From assembly GCA_034780895.1 (NCBI GenBank), contig JAUZTB010000070.1, positions 21,913,634 through 21,977,633 of the forward strand: DNA of 64,000 bases. Reading direction: 5' to 3'. Source of the stretch: Rhynchobatus australiae. Taxonomy: Eukaryota. The translations under genes and the position numbers were made by a program. Below the pieces are notes generated by a model, which saw only the letters and a list, made by a program, of their open reading frames with translations, was not told the origin of the DNA and did not search any database. Below, one piece after another: positions 1-12,884 of this stretch (the stretch's first letter is position 1; each line of letters starts with the position of its first letter).

Positions 1-1280
1 GGGCGGTTTGACCTCCTAGTATCAGAATGAATCACTTTCTTCTTGTGGAATAAACTGGGGGTGGGGGAGGGGTTGGTTAATACTGAAAGCAGATCTTGTT
101 GCTTCAGAGACTGGTCAGTATGCTTAAAAAGGCAGCATCAAAAAAGAGACCACTCTTAAAAATAATGTAATAACACATCATATTATCTGAAATGGTTTCA
201 TTAGCAAACACAGCAACAATACATAATGATAAAAAGTTACAAAATGAGACAACATAAAAAAAAGAATACTGCTATTCTCTCAAGAGGGCTTTCTGTCTCA
301 GCACAACGCAACAAAATAAATCATTCATAATATCAGCAGCCTCGTGATAAGGACTTATCGGAACAGCAGGCGCTGCCTAATGAGATTCAGCTTTCAATGT
401 GTTCTGCTCTCAGTGTGCCTGAGGCTTTGCTTGTTCCAAACAATCACTGAATGTTGCTCCTGTTTGCTAATTTCAATTCTGATCATTAAAGAAAAACCCT
501 GCATTTTTTAACTGAATTTCATTTTTTTTGTTCCAGAGTTCCCAGACATCCGTAAAATAAAAATTTAATAGATGATATGAAGGGCCCAGATTAGATTCTC
601 ACTCATTAGGTCAGACTGCTGATTCCAGCCAGTGTGGATAGTTGGCATGTATCATGATCTGCATTAAAGACACAGATTTAAAGGGAAAGGATTGGGGGGG
701 GTGGGGGTTGAAATCATCTGGGCTTCCCATTCTAGATCGCTCTCCGATGACCCCTCCGTGTATATTTCAGAGAAGTCGCAAGACCTGTGATGGACAAAGA
801 TCCCATCTGTCTTCACACACCACTCGAGACAGATACTGGAACCTGCCAGTGATCACCTATCCCAGAGCAAGAGGAGAGCAGAAAAACTGCAGGGAAGAAG
901 CACACAAATGAGTGGAAAACAGAAAAGTTGCTAAGCTTCCTTGATTGCAAATGGCAGCAGATGCTAATAACTGGGACCTCAACATTTGAACAGTGATGAG
1001 TTGGAGCAGATGAGTTGGAGCCATTGCTTTCCTGGCTGGGCAATTGCAAATGTTAGAAGTCAAAAAACTCCTCACTACATAAATACAGGAATACATGTCA
1101 GTGCGCAAGGGTGAACTACTGTGCAGACCTGAGGGTGTCTTCCTTGGAATCAGGGCTGATGTCACAGACCCAAAGTGCACTGCAATTTTTCAAGAGAGAT
1201 GCTTCTCTTCCAGTTTTGGAAGGCAGGCAATTAATTTAAATGGTCCCTGGGTTCCAGTAATGTTAAAGATAGCAATATAC

Positions 1281-1281
<1 letters not shown>

Positions 1282-1349
<68 letters not shown>

Positions 1350-1449
1350 NNNNNNNNNNNNNNNNNNNNNNNNNNNNNNNNNNNNNNNNNNNNNNNNNNN
1401 NNNNNNNNNNNNNNNNNNNNNNNNNNNNNNNNNNNNNNNNNNNNNNNNN

Positions 1450-1511
<62 letters not shown>

Positions 1512-1589
1512 GTGTGTGTGTGTGTGAGTGAGTTCATGTATGTTGTATCATTTTCAGTGTGTGTGCATTCATGTATGTTGTACCGTTTT

Positions 1590-1620
<31 letters not shown>
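1282..1620. repeat. (TG)n microsatellite cluster spanning a 100-N gap
   Basis: Long perfect TG runs at 1282-1349, 1450-1526 and 1592-1620. Confidence 0.98.
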
Positions 1621-2877
1621 CAAATCTTTCTGTGTGTGTGGATGTGGGATGGGGGAGGGTTGCTGGAGATGGGGAGTGGTGGTGGTGGTGGAAAGGTTGG
1701 GGGCTGGCACCTTGCTGTTGCTTAATACTGTTAATGATGGCCATTACCAGACTGTCTGCCTGGACTAGTAAGTCTATCATGGCAGAAATTCTGATTTGTA
1801 ATATCAACAGTTACAAATGATGCAAAGCCAGCCCAGCAACTGCTGCAAACCAGCAAAGGATAAGTGGCCTTCTGGCAGCTGTTCAAGGGATCCTTGCACT
1901 AGAAGTCCTGACAGATGGTTCTGAACGCAATGGAGATGATTCTTTGCTTGTCAAGACACAAGGGCAGCAGGAGTAAAGAAAATAAGAAAATACAATCAGA
2001 ATGGTATCACTTTTCCTGGAGGGTGATTGCTTGCTGTTTCCTCAGAACAATAACTGGTGCTCAGTGCAGTAGTGAAACAAAAATCACCCAGTATGTACAT
2101 CAGATTTATTATATTGGTAGCAATCGAAATAATAATAGTGTTGGCAAAGTTCTCAAATTTAAGTAGTGCATAAATAATTAATGGCCCATCTGTTTATTCC
2201 ATTCACCTATCCGCCTGGTCCAATTTGATCTGTTTTCTATTCAATATCTATTTATAAGCTGCACTGTGTGGCAGCCAACTACACAATGGTTTTCCTTGGG
2301 AATATCCTTAGCTAGAGAGTGTAAACATTTTAAATGAGCAATTATCCTATGACAACTGGTTCATTACCGCTGTCATTTGAATTCTGTTATTTACATTCTT
2401 ACTGAGAAGGTGAATCAGAGGTGAGATTTTGTGTTCAATGTGAATATGGTGGAAAAGAGTATTTGTTCATGTTCCATTGTGAGTGTCGAGTCCAAGTCAG
2501 ATATGGAATAGGCTATGGCTTTTGAGTTGGGCTCGAACAGATGGATTGAGGAGAGGCAAGGATGATGGTTGAAAGCATTAATGTAAGCTGCCTAGGGAGT
2601 GGACAGAGAAAGACAGACAGAACTTGCCACTGTCATTTTAAGGCATTAGGCCATCTCAAAGTGCCTCACATGTTTGAATTTTATGCAACATCAGTTGTGC
2701 TGGGGACATCAGCATTTCTTGTCCATCCTTAAATGCCTTGGGTGGTTGTGAGACACCGTCTTGAACAGCTGCAGTTCCTTTCCCTGTGTACTCTCTGCAC
2801 TTATATGTCACTGATGAGACACAAAACTGAGCTCCCTCCCACTTGCAGACTCATAAAACATCATATGGCACTGGAGA

Positions 2878-3015
2878 CACAAGAGACTGCATATGCTGGA
2901 ACTTGGAGAAACAAAGAAACAAACAATCTGCTGGGGGAGCTCAGGGGGTCATACAGCATCTGTGGGGGAGGAAGGAATTGTCAACAGTTCAGGTTGAAAC
3001 CCTGCATCAGGACTG
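2878..3015. mobile_element. Penelope-like terminal repeat fragment
   Basis: ctgcatatgctggaa...cagcatctgtgg...ttcaggttgaaaccctgcatcaggactg; the same unit recurs at about 9 places in the window. Confidence 0.55.
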
Positions 3016-3117
3016 ATTAGTAAGAATGTGGTTGAAGAGCTGGAAACCACAGAGGGGAGCGATAAGAGAGGGTGTCACAGATGTGCTTTTGGAGAAAGAA
3101 TAAAAATGTCCTTAAAG

Positions 3118-3414
3118 TGTCACAATGTTGAGCAAGAGCAAGCTCACAGAGAACCCAAATGCAGCACACTGGTACAGGACTGCAGTCAGGATACTTCCTC
3201 AGGACNNNNNNNNNNNNNNNNNNNNNNNNNNNNNNNNNNNNNNNNNNNNNNNNNNNNNNNNNNNNNNNNNNNNNNNNNNNNNNTGATCTCTGAGGCAAGA
3301 TTCCTTCCATTTGCTGCCTGTGTTTGTCCTGAGGAAGTATCCTGACTCCAGTCTTGTATCAGTGTGCCACATTTGGGTTCTCCATGAGCTTGCTCTTTGC
3401 TCAACGTTGTGACA
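3118..3414. mobile_element. Foldback / MITE-like element with ~88-bp inverted arms, TGT...ACA ends
   Basis: 3118-3205 is the reverse complement of 3326-3414 with scattered mismatches; the centre is partly in a gap. Confidence 0.75.
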
Positions 3415-3591
3415 ATATATACTGTATGCAGTACCCTAGCCAATATTTATCCCATATCAGTATCACCAGGACAAATCATCTGATCATTATCACCTTGTCA
3501 TTGGTGAGACCAGCTTTACATGATTTGGCTGTACTTTTCCTATACAGCCACTTTTCTTACACAGCACCTGTAACTACACTACAAAATACAG

Positions 3592-3790
3592 TTACAGAAA
3601 ATGCTCAACCACTCTGCAGGTCAAGCAGCATCTGTGGAAAGAGAAACAGAATTAACACCTCACATTGAAGACTCATGTTTTGAGGAAGGGTCTTTGACCT
3701 GGAATGTTAATTCCATATCTATTTCAACAAATGCTGTCTGACTTGATGAGATTTTCCAGTATTTTCTATTTTCATTTCAGATTTGCAGGG
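3592..3790. mobile_element. Penelope-like inverted (head-to-head) repeat pair
   Basis: gcaggtcaagcagcatctgtggaaagagaaacagaattaac ... gttaattccatatctatttcaacaaatgctgtctgacttg: the arms are mutual reverse complements. Confidence 0.6.
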
Positions 3791-3871
3791 CTTTTTTTTC
3801 CTGATGTTCACAAGAAGTATTTAAATTTGTGTAAATCACTTTGTAGCATCCTCAAGTGATTAAGTTGAAAA

Positions 3872-4005
3872 AAAATACTGCAAATGTTGGAAATCTGAAA
3901 CAAAAATAAAATGTGCTGGAAGTATCAACAGGTCAGGCAGCATCTGTGGAGAGGTGACTGGAGTAAATGCTTCAGGTTGTTTTGGATCAATGATTCTTTA
4001 TCAGA
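3872..4005. mobile_element. Penelope-like terminal repeat fragment
   Basis: actgcaaatgttggaaatctgaaa...aggtcaggcagcatctgtggagag. Confidence 0.55.
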
Positions 4006-4009
4006 CCCA

Positions 4010-4340
4010 CAGTCATTAACTAACCAGCATCATTAGACTCGGCCTATTGGTTTGGAGACATGAACTCAAATTCCATTGTAGTAGCTGAGAGATGTAAACT
4101 TAGGTAATTAAAGCACCAGAATTTTTTACAAAAGCTGGAATTAGTGTTGGAAACCATGAAATTACAGGACTGTAAAAACCTGGCTGGTTCACTAGTGTTC
4201 TTCAGAGAAGCAAGTCCATCATCTTTACCCACTCTAGCCTGAATATGACTCTACAACCACTACATCCACAGTTTCATCCCAGTTAGGGATGAACAATAAA
4301 TGCCATCGTTGATAGTGATATCTACAACCTCTGAATGAAG
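4010..4340 (+). mobile_element. Old tRNA-derived SINE sharing its 3' tail with the LINE at 10480-12010
   Basis: tcaaattccattgtagtagctg...ctggttcactagtgttcttcagagaag...gttagggatgaacaataaatgcc; related copies at 15630, 42790, 51000 and 51800. Confidence 0.6.
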
Positions 4341-4453
4341 AAAGAGGTTGTGAAAGATGCAACTCTTCCTTTCACTTTGTTAGTTCTGTGTTTCTGAGTA
4401 TTGTTATGTCAGCACACAACCCTCATGTCCCCAAGTAGGATTCCACATATGTA

Positions 4454-4760
4454 GGCATGGTAGTGTAGCAGTCAGCGTAACGCTATTACATGCCAGCGAC
4501 CTGGGTTCAAATCCGACCACTGTCTGTAAGGAGTTTGCATGTTCTCCCTGTGTCTGTGTGGGNNNNNNNNNNNNNNNNNNNNNNNNNNNNNNNNNNNNNN
4601 NNNNNNNNNNNNNNNNNNNNNNNNNNNNNNNNNNNNNNNNNNNNNNNNNNNNNNNNNNNNNNNNNNNNNNNNNNNNNNNNNNNNNNCTCTACGCAAAAGA
4701 TGCATTTCACTGTGTGTTTCGATGTACATGTGACTAATAAAGGTATTTTATCTTATCTTA
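4454..4760 (+). mobile_element. Young tRNA-headed V-SINE (gap inside)
   Basis: A-box-like tagtgtagcagtcagc, B-box gggttcaaatcc, V-domain start gtctgtaaggagtttgcatgttctccctgtgtctg, tail catttcactgtgtgtttcgatgtacatgtgactaataaa plus (tctta)n. Confidence 0.85.
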
Positions 4761-7319
4761 TGCTGATACATCTGGGGAAAATATTAGAGTGCACAGGATT
4801 ACTCAACCTTTTTTGGATTATTTTCATGGTTATCTCTCAGTGGGGTTTTCCTGTAGCTATTAGTTAAATTCAACTCTGCTCAAGGATTCATATGACAAAC
4901 AAATCTGTTAACGTTAATTTAAAAAAATCCATTCTTAGCAGCTCTTATGTTTTTCAGCATTTACTTGTGGTTCAGTTTGAGTTTCTTTGGTTTTTATCTG
5001 CATTTGGAAAAACTGGGTATTTTCAGTTATTTAAAAACTTCACTCAGGAGATGCGTCAACTGCCAGTCTCTACAAGGTGTAATTAAATTAAAATTGGTAA
5101 TAATAATATTTACAGGCGAGTTCAGGCTTTTCCTTAATGGTGCCTTTGATAAAATCTTCATTTCTCTGATGTATTCACAAACACCCTTTGCTTCCTATTG
5201 CATTTCCACTGCACTTATACCCTTCCAGCCTTTCTCACAGCTATCACACTACTGAACAGCACATTCTATAAACAGGTGGGATTGGTCAGTAGCCCAGATG
5301 AACATTTCGAAAACCACATGCAGAATTCTTCAAGCAAAATAAATGGAAATTTAAGTTCTGTATAGTGCATTGCCCCAGCATGGTGATCTGTCAGCAATAA
5401 AAAATTAAGTACAGTTTTCCAAACAGGCTTTCAGGGCTATTATTTCATATAAAACCGAAAAATTCTGGCCTTAAATAATAACAATATTCAACCATAAATA
5501 TTTACAATAATTNNNNNNNNNNGGCACAAAATATTTAATAAGCTGCTATTCTTGTACTAAAACGATGCTTCAATTATGTTCAACAAAGTGATTCATTATT
5601 CTTTTAATGCCAACCACAGACGTTGGTAGTTCTCTTCAGGGTTTCCAGACTGCCTGTCATTTGGGTTCTAGATCAAACTAATGGATTTTAACATACCAGT
5701 TGATATATACCTTTGGACATCTGCCAATTAGGGTGGCTCAGTAGGGACAGTCACAATGATCAGGCACTGCTCAATAGTAAAATGATATATATTAATCAGG
5801 AAAAGTCTTTCATGCTTCCACTGTACATCTAATGTATGACTCCCGGGCTAGAATTGTACATGACTGCTTCCCCTTGAATCATAGAAATTTTCAAACAGAA
5901 GGAAGGAGAATGGAGGAACAGTGGGTGGCGGAGGCAAAGGCAAGACCTTGCAACTCTGATTCACAGAGCTTCTGCACATTGGGTGTGAATGTATAGTGTG
6001 TTGTAATACCATCCAGCATTGGCGTTCCTGAACAAAGTAGCGGACTACCTTCACCAATGGCACTGGCATAGCATAAAGTTCACCGATGTTCAGCAGGTGA
6101 GATGGCAGGAGATGAATGAGGAGCACTATCATCACTCTCCTCCCTGGGGAAACAGAACAGATATCACAGGAATTCTGACAATTGACTGATGGCATCTTCC
6201 CCTGAGATGTTGCACTGGGATATTTATATTGGTTTGGCTAGAATGATATCCATCCTATTAGAGCACTGTTGATGTGGAACTTTACAGTATTTCTGTTCTG
6301 TGAACATACAATAATATCCCTCAGTTTTCTCAGAACAGATAGAGGCACCACAACATTCTAATTAATGTTAATATTTATTGAACAGTGCTGTTCATTGCTG
6401 TGCAGGTATCGGTGTATCACTTAAGTGTTTATGAACATTAACAGAGGATACATGCAGAGCTACGTTCTGTATAAAATGTGTACTTATGTGCAAATGCTAA
6501 TGTGATACAAAATGGAAATGGGTGTCCCTAGGCGAACGAATGAAATTAATTTACTGCAAGCTCCTTCTGAGTGTAATCTCCATGTTGTTATTTATCTCTC
6601 TGTATTGTGGTCCCAGAGGCTGGTAGCACTGAAATGCCTTTCTCCGGGAGGGATAGAACACCTCAGCCATAACCTGTAAAGAAACCTGATGCATAGGATA
6701 TCAGCCTCAGAGGTTTCCTGAGCCCTGCATCAAGCCATCAATCCATTCGTGCTGGGGCTTGACCTTTCCACATGACTGCCACCACCTCCCTGACAGCCAA
6801 CTGGCAAATTCTACAAAGCACTGTTAGATAGCACGTCTTCGCAAATGGTTATCAGTCTACTTAGAACAGGGAATAATGTTCTTTCTTAAGCCAGCCCTCC
6901 AGTAGTGTGGGCTGTGCTCTTGCACTTAGTGGGGAAAAGTTGGTCAAAAGCTTTGCTGCAAAAGGCTTGTTCTCTAAGGTGCTGTACCTGGTGTGTTATT
7001 GAGTGCAAAACTGGCATTATCAGGGGTAGCATGGAATTGACCCACCCTACCTGTTAAACTCCAGTCTACTCCTGATAATCTGAAATCATCTTTTGCACTT
7101 TGGCTAAAACTGACAAAGAACGGAATGGTAAGACAGAAGTCACATAGTAGAACATGGCATTAATAAAACCAGAAATGTTATCACTGAACAGAAAAGACTA
7201 AAGAACACATCTTATACCCAACCTCAAGAGATCATTTGAAAGTCCTCATTACAATATTTTAAAGACGTCAGTCAGCAAGTTCAGAAAAGAAAAGCTGACA
7301 TTTATACAATCCCTATCAA

Positions 7320-7705
7320 TAATTTAAGGTGTCCCAAAAGTGAGGTTGTTCTTGAAGTGTAATCACTGTTGCAGTGTTGGGAAATACAGTAGCCACTTTG
7401 CACACAGCAAACTCCATGAAACAGCCATGTGATAATGATTTGTTTTTAATTGTTATGCTGGTTGAAGGAAAACTATTAGTCAGGACACAGGAGAGAACTC
7501 CTTTGCTCTTCTTGAAATAGCAACATGAAATCTTTAATGTCCACATAAAAGGGTAGGATTAGGTATTGTCTTTGATAGATGGCACCTCAGACAGTTCAAC
7601 TCTCAATCTGAATGTCACAACGAAGTATCAACCTAGATTATGTGTTTAATTCTCTACGACGGAGTGGGCGAACCTGTGACCAAATTCAAAAGCTACCACT
7701 GAGCA
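7320..7705 (-). mobile_element. DeuSINE-like (SacSINE1/AmnSINE1-related) element
   Basis: Minus strand begins gctcagtggtagc (tRNA-like head), followed by cataatctaggttga...gaggtgccatc...gtggacattaaagatttcatgttgctatttcaagaagagcaaaggagttctctcctgtgtcctgact, resembling the Deu domain. Confidence 0.65.
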
Positions 7706-8529
7706 GAGAGTGATAAATGTCCACAGCTGAGAAACATACATCAGGCAAGAAAGGGATTAATTAATACACTTTCAATCATAATTTAGAATAACATTTTACA
7801 AAGTTAGAAGGAATGAATGTGTTTAAATAACTATATGTGTTTCTGTGTTTCTATAACCAAGGGCTATGCGTAAGCCTAGTAATTGCTAGAGTAGGGACAT
7901 GTTCGTCACAGCTTTGTGGGCCGAATGGCCTGAATTGTGCTGTAGTTTTTCTATATTTCTATGTTTCTAACAGTTTTTTAAAAAAAAGAAATATAGGAAA
8001 GTTAGTGGAATGCAATGGAAAGGAGTTAGATTTGTCATCTAAAGGGGTTCATACCAATCTACCGAGTGCGTCCTCAAAGCTCACCATAAAACTCCCCTGT
8101 TGGAAAGGCTGGAGGATTGTAAATGCCAATCCAATTCATTGAGGCCATAAGATACCGTGTGAGAAATGGCAACAATATCACACAGTTGCATCAAGGCACC
8201 GTGTTTTTAAGATTGGGACTGAAATAAATTGTTGGGACAGAGTAGAGGAAGCTTTATCTGCATCTGCCTTATGATATACATTACCCCAAGTGTCCTTACT
8301 ACCTGAAATGGCAATAGTTTCATTTCCAGCATTGACATCCCTACTCTTGACAAGCAGAGTTAAAAAATGATAAAAGGAAATACCTACATGGATATTATTG
8401 CTGATGCTTTCATTTGCCCTCAGGGTCACTCCGTTTCAGACAAAATAGTTCTAGCTACTTATCACTTTTCAGTGTCAAAAGGGGTGATAGACAAGGTGAG
8501 AGAGGGTTTTAAAGACATCAGTGAACAAC

Positions 8530-8880
8530 AAGCGGCAGCACAGTGGAGATGCTGCCTCACAACTCAAGCCCCCCGTCCCAGGTTCAATGCTGACCTCAAG
8601 AGCTGTCTGTGGGGAGCTTGCACATTCTCCCTGTAACTGTGTGATATTGAACAAGTGGGTTTCCTCTGGGTTCTTCCATTTCTCCTCACATCCCAAAAAT
8701 ATGCAAATTTACAGGTTAATTAGTCACTGTAAACTGCCCCTTGTGTGTGGATGAATGGTAGAATCTGGGGTGGAGGGGGGAGGTTAAGGAGAAAGTGGGG
8801 AGAATAAGATGGGTTCAGATTGGTAAAAATGAGTGTCTGATGATTGGTGTGGACTCAGTGGGTTCTGTGACTCTGTAACA
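8530..8880 (+). mobile_element. Older V-SINE (HE1-like)
   Basis: gctgcctcacaactc...caggttcaatgctgacctc...gtctgtggggagcttgcacattctccc...ggttaattagtcactgtaaactgccccttgtgtgt. Confidence 0.75.
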
Positions 8881-10151
8881 AATGTAACCTAACAGACGTA
8901 GATAAGGTACAACAAGGAGAAGAATAACAGTTACCTGTAAAGTGCTTTGGGATATCCTGAATTTGTAATAAGTGCTGTAGATCGCAAGTCTTTTTTTGTC
9001 AAATACACTGCCAGCAACCATTCATTACTAATGACCAATTGAGGCAACTGGAAGCCACTGAAACCCAAAGGAACAGGGTGACAGCATTCAGGAACGGAGG
9101 AAACCCTCCATAAGGAAAGTGTGGGAAAGGCTTGTGTTTATGATAATGACAGTGGTGTAAGGTAATATCCCACTGTATCACACTTAGATGAAGTGTTAGA
9201 ATAGTAGATGACCAGAATCTTCCTGAGCCTGATTAGTTTAACACCATTTTTGGCACTAGCTCCAGTGTGAGGATTTCCTTCGACAAAGAACAGAGCCAAA
9301 ACAAGAACCAAAAACATCATCTGTGAAAAAATGGAGTGGAAGTCAAAAGATTTAAAAGCTTAATAGGTAGCAAGAAGAAAGGCAGCCAGACTGAAGACTG
9401 AAGCATTAAATGAATCAGAAGTCACTGCAGCTTTGAAGTGCTTTCTACAAGTCACTGAATTCCTACAATCTCCTGCCAGCTGTTACCCCAGAACTGCTTC
9501 CAGCATCAAATAAGTCTAGTCGACTCGACCTGCACTGTAAGTCCGTGGTAGTATTGGTGCAGAAGTTGATTGTCAGCAATGACATTATCATCCCCATCTG
9601 TTAACCATCATCTATTTGCAGATTTGCAAGTAGGAAAACAGATGATACAGGCCCTTCCCTGGCACGGGCTAATGGAAGTGAGTATCAGCATGCTCATCAA
9701 CCTGACTTTTATCATAATGACTGTGCTTTTTCCCCGGCAGCAAGCAACTCCCCAATAATTACTGATTTTTATAATCCTCCATTTCCATTGCCTCAATTTT
9801 CTCCCCCCTTCTCACAGATGCTGCATGTTCCATCAGCCAATCTCCTTCACATTGTGAATTTTGATTGAATCTTGGGAGAGTATTTTACCATTACAGTTGG
9901 CCCTGATCCTCTCCTCACCCTATATTAACCCTAGCAGCCATGAAGAGAAATAAGACTTCTTGTTAATTTCTCCATTCCTTGATTCCAATTATCATTCCAG
10001 GACATCGCTGCTAATTCTAAGCAAAATACTGTGAGACCTTGATAACTGAGCAACTGCAGATCTACGAAGCTCCATAATGAAACTTTATCACCTTCCTGGA
10101 GACATTCCCACAGTATTCTGAGAACCCAGTGACTAGTAATATGAAATATTT

Positions 10152-10471
10152 GGAGGCACAGTAGTGGAGCGGTTAGCGTAATGCTACTACAGCGCCAGCG
10201 ACCTGGGTTCAATTCCCGCCACTGTCTGTAAGGAGTTTGCATGTTCCCCCTGTGTCTGTGTGGATTTCCTCCAGGTGTTCCAGTTTCCTCCCACATTTCA
10301 AAGATGTACAGGTTAGGAGCTGTGGGCATGCTGTGTTAGCACCGGAAGAGTGGCGACATTTTTGCGGGCTGCCCCCCAGCACATTCTCAGTAATGTAAAA
10401 AGATTCATTTCACTGTGTGTTTCCATGTCAATGTGACGAATAAATAATCTTCTCTTCTCTTATCTTATCTT
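10152..10471 (+). mobile_element. Full-length young V-SINE
   Basis: Complete head (gcggttagcgtaatgctactacagcgccagcgacctgggttcaattcc), V domain, body, and (tctta)n tail. Confidence 0.9.
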
Positions 10472-10479
10472 AGAATTTT

Positions 10480-12010
10480 GCAAGATCCTCAACTGAGAAA
10501 TGCACTTCCACCTCCTTCTGATTACCATCCTTTCTTAGATGGTAAATCAGTGTTCCTCCATGCTGAATGACACTTGGAAGAAATACTGAAAGTAGCAGGG
10601 GCACAGAATGTACTCCGGGTTGGGGACTTCAGTGTCCATCGCCGACAATGGCTTGGAAGTGTCGTCACTAATTGAGCTAGCTGTCAGACTGTCTGTAGTA
10701 AGAAGGGAGTGAACCAACGCCAAGGATAAAATGGACTGCAGAAGGTCAAACTGGGAGTAGGGACCAGGCATACCTAAAAATGATGACATGCTAGCCAAGT
10801 GAAGTCGCATTTTCACATTTTCCTACATTATACGCATTTGCCAGATCTTTGTCCACTACTTAACCTATCTGTATATTGTACACAAAGGAAGATGGTTGTA
10901 GTTGTTTGACCATCCATCCCAGCCTCTGGGCATGACTGTAGGAGCTCTTAGATAAAAATAAGATATCTTTATTAATCATATGTACATCGAACCACACAGT
11001 GAAATGTATCTTTTTGCGTAGAGTGATCTGGGGGCAGCCCACAAGTGTCACCATGCTTCCAGCGCCAACATAGCATGTCTACAACTTCCTTCGTGGTAGT
11101 GTCCTGGTCTTAACTATTACACTTGCTTTATCAATGATCTTCCTTTCATCACAAGATCAGGTATACATGCTCTCAGATAATTGGACAACATTCAGTTCCA
11201 TTCCCAACTCCTCAACAAATTAGTCACCCACACCTACAAGCAATAAGATTCAGACAGCAGTCAGGTATGGTTTGATAAATAGCAAGTAACATTAACACTA
11301 CAAAAGTGTCAGACAATGACTGTCTCAAACATCTAAGCACCTACCCTTGACATTAAATGACATTACCATTACCGACTCTCATACTATGGGCATCGTCATT
11401 GATCAAAAACTCAACTGAACCAAACACATCAGTTTCTCAGTTGAGGCTCAGTCTACAAGAGCAGGTTAGAGGCTAGGTATTCTGTGACAAGCAACTCACC
11501 TCCTGACATTCCAAATCCTTTCCACTATCTAAGACATAAGCTGGGAGTATTACGGAATACACTCCATTTGCCAAGATGAGTACCTCCAACAGTACTCCAG
11601 AAACATCAAGGGCAAAGCAATCCACTTTATTGGCATTCCATTTACCACGTTATGCATTCATTCCCTCCACCACCAATGTATGGAGGCTATAGTGAGTATC
11701 ATCTACAAAATGCATGGCCATTACTCACCCAGGCTATTCCGACAGCACCTCCGAGATCCACAGCCTCAACCACCGAGAAGGGCAGCAGACAAACAGGAAC
11801 CACCACTTGCATGTTCATCTCCAAGAAACACACTGTCACTTCATTGGGTCTAAATCCTGGAACTGCCTTCACCAAAACACTGTGGGGATACTTTCACCAG
11901 AAGTACTACAGTGGTCCAAGAAGGTGCTTTACCATCACTTTCTCAGGGGTATTTAAGGATGGACAATGAATGCTGGCTTGCAATATTCAGGTCCTTAAAA
12001 ATAAATTTGA
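10480..12010 (+). mobile_element. Internally deleted, decayed CR1/L2-group LINE (APE and RT remnants, 3' end)
   Basis: ~10608-10660 translates NVLRVGDFSVHRRQWLGS (APE GDFN motif). ~11125 reads CFINDLP (RT region). The 3' tail tctcaggggtatttaaggatggacaatgaatgctggc is followed by an A-rich end. Confidence 0.7.
10948..11090 (-). mobile_element. 5'-truncated young V-SINE nested in the LINE
   Basis: Reverse complement of the SINE body and tail (taagatatctttattaatcatatgtacatcgaaccacacagtgaaatg...gcgccaacatagcatg). Confidence 0.85.
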
Positions 12011-12884
12011 AAAAAACTTTCTACTCTGGAACAAAACCAAGACAAGGAAAATATGTTTCCATTTTCAGTCTGAGCAATCCACAGTCTCAGTTTTCTCATT
12101 TTTATCTTAAACCCCTCTAAGGTCTCATTCTTCAAAGCCTTTGTATCCTCTAACCTTCTGAATTTCTGCACTCATCCAATTCTGGCCTTTAGATCATCCC
12201 TGACTTTTATTACTCAGCCCTTGGTGTTCTAAATAACACCACACCTAAAGTCCAATCACCAAGCATCTCCACCCTGCACTTTGCTTTCCTTCTTGAAGAC
12301 TCTCTTTAGAACCCACCTCCATGCCAAGATTTTGGTAACCTAACCTAATAATTCCTTTTATAGTTTGTCCTCAATTTTAGTTTGATATCATTCAGGTGAA
12401 CTTTTCAATATTTTAATGGTACCATATAAATGGTCTTTGTAATTGTGGTCATATTTGCTTAGTCTATATTAGCTCCAGGGCTCTGTGGAAGCTGGGAGAT
12501 CAAGAGCATCCATAATATCACAGAGCAGTTAGACTCAGTATGCCACAAAAGTTGACTTTCCACTCTGTGGCATGCATCTTGCTTGCCATTTTACACCTAC
12601 TTACACAATCCTCATTACAAAGCATTCACACATAAGCTTCTGGAGGCTTCATGTGCAACTCAGAAAGAAGAATTCAGCCATATTCACATCCTCCTGAGAT
12701 CTTTGCACATCAATCAACTATAACACAAATGTGATTCTTTTTAGGTACCCAGGATGGACATTAGGTTGTCTTGGTCACACAGCAAACATCAATGACATCT
12801 TGTATTTACAGAAATGCAGCAAGAAGGCGGAGATTAGAACCTTTTCATGCCAGGAAGTGGATGAAAATGCAGGGTTCTTTTCAG

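Noticed and set aside
642-1180. Possible last exon of an upstream gene such as TLE5/AES
   Set aside because: An acceptor-like tttcag is present at ~765, but the frames I checked do not resemble AES or any protein I recognise.
1095-1820. 241-aa and overlapping VC/HT-repeat ORFs
   Set aside because: Produced by the (TG)n microsatellite and an N gap; no protein signal.
10152-10230. tRNA gene
   Set aside because: A/B boxes are present, but the sequence runs directly into a V domain and SINE body and is multicopy; it is a SINE head.
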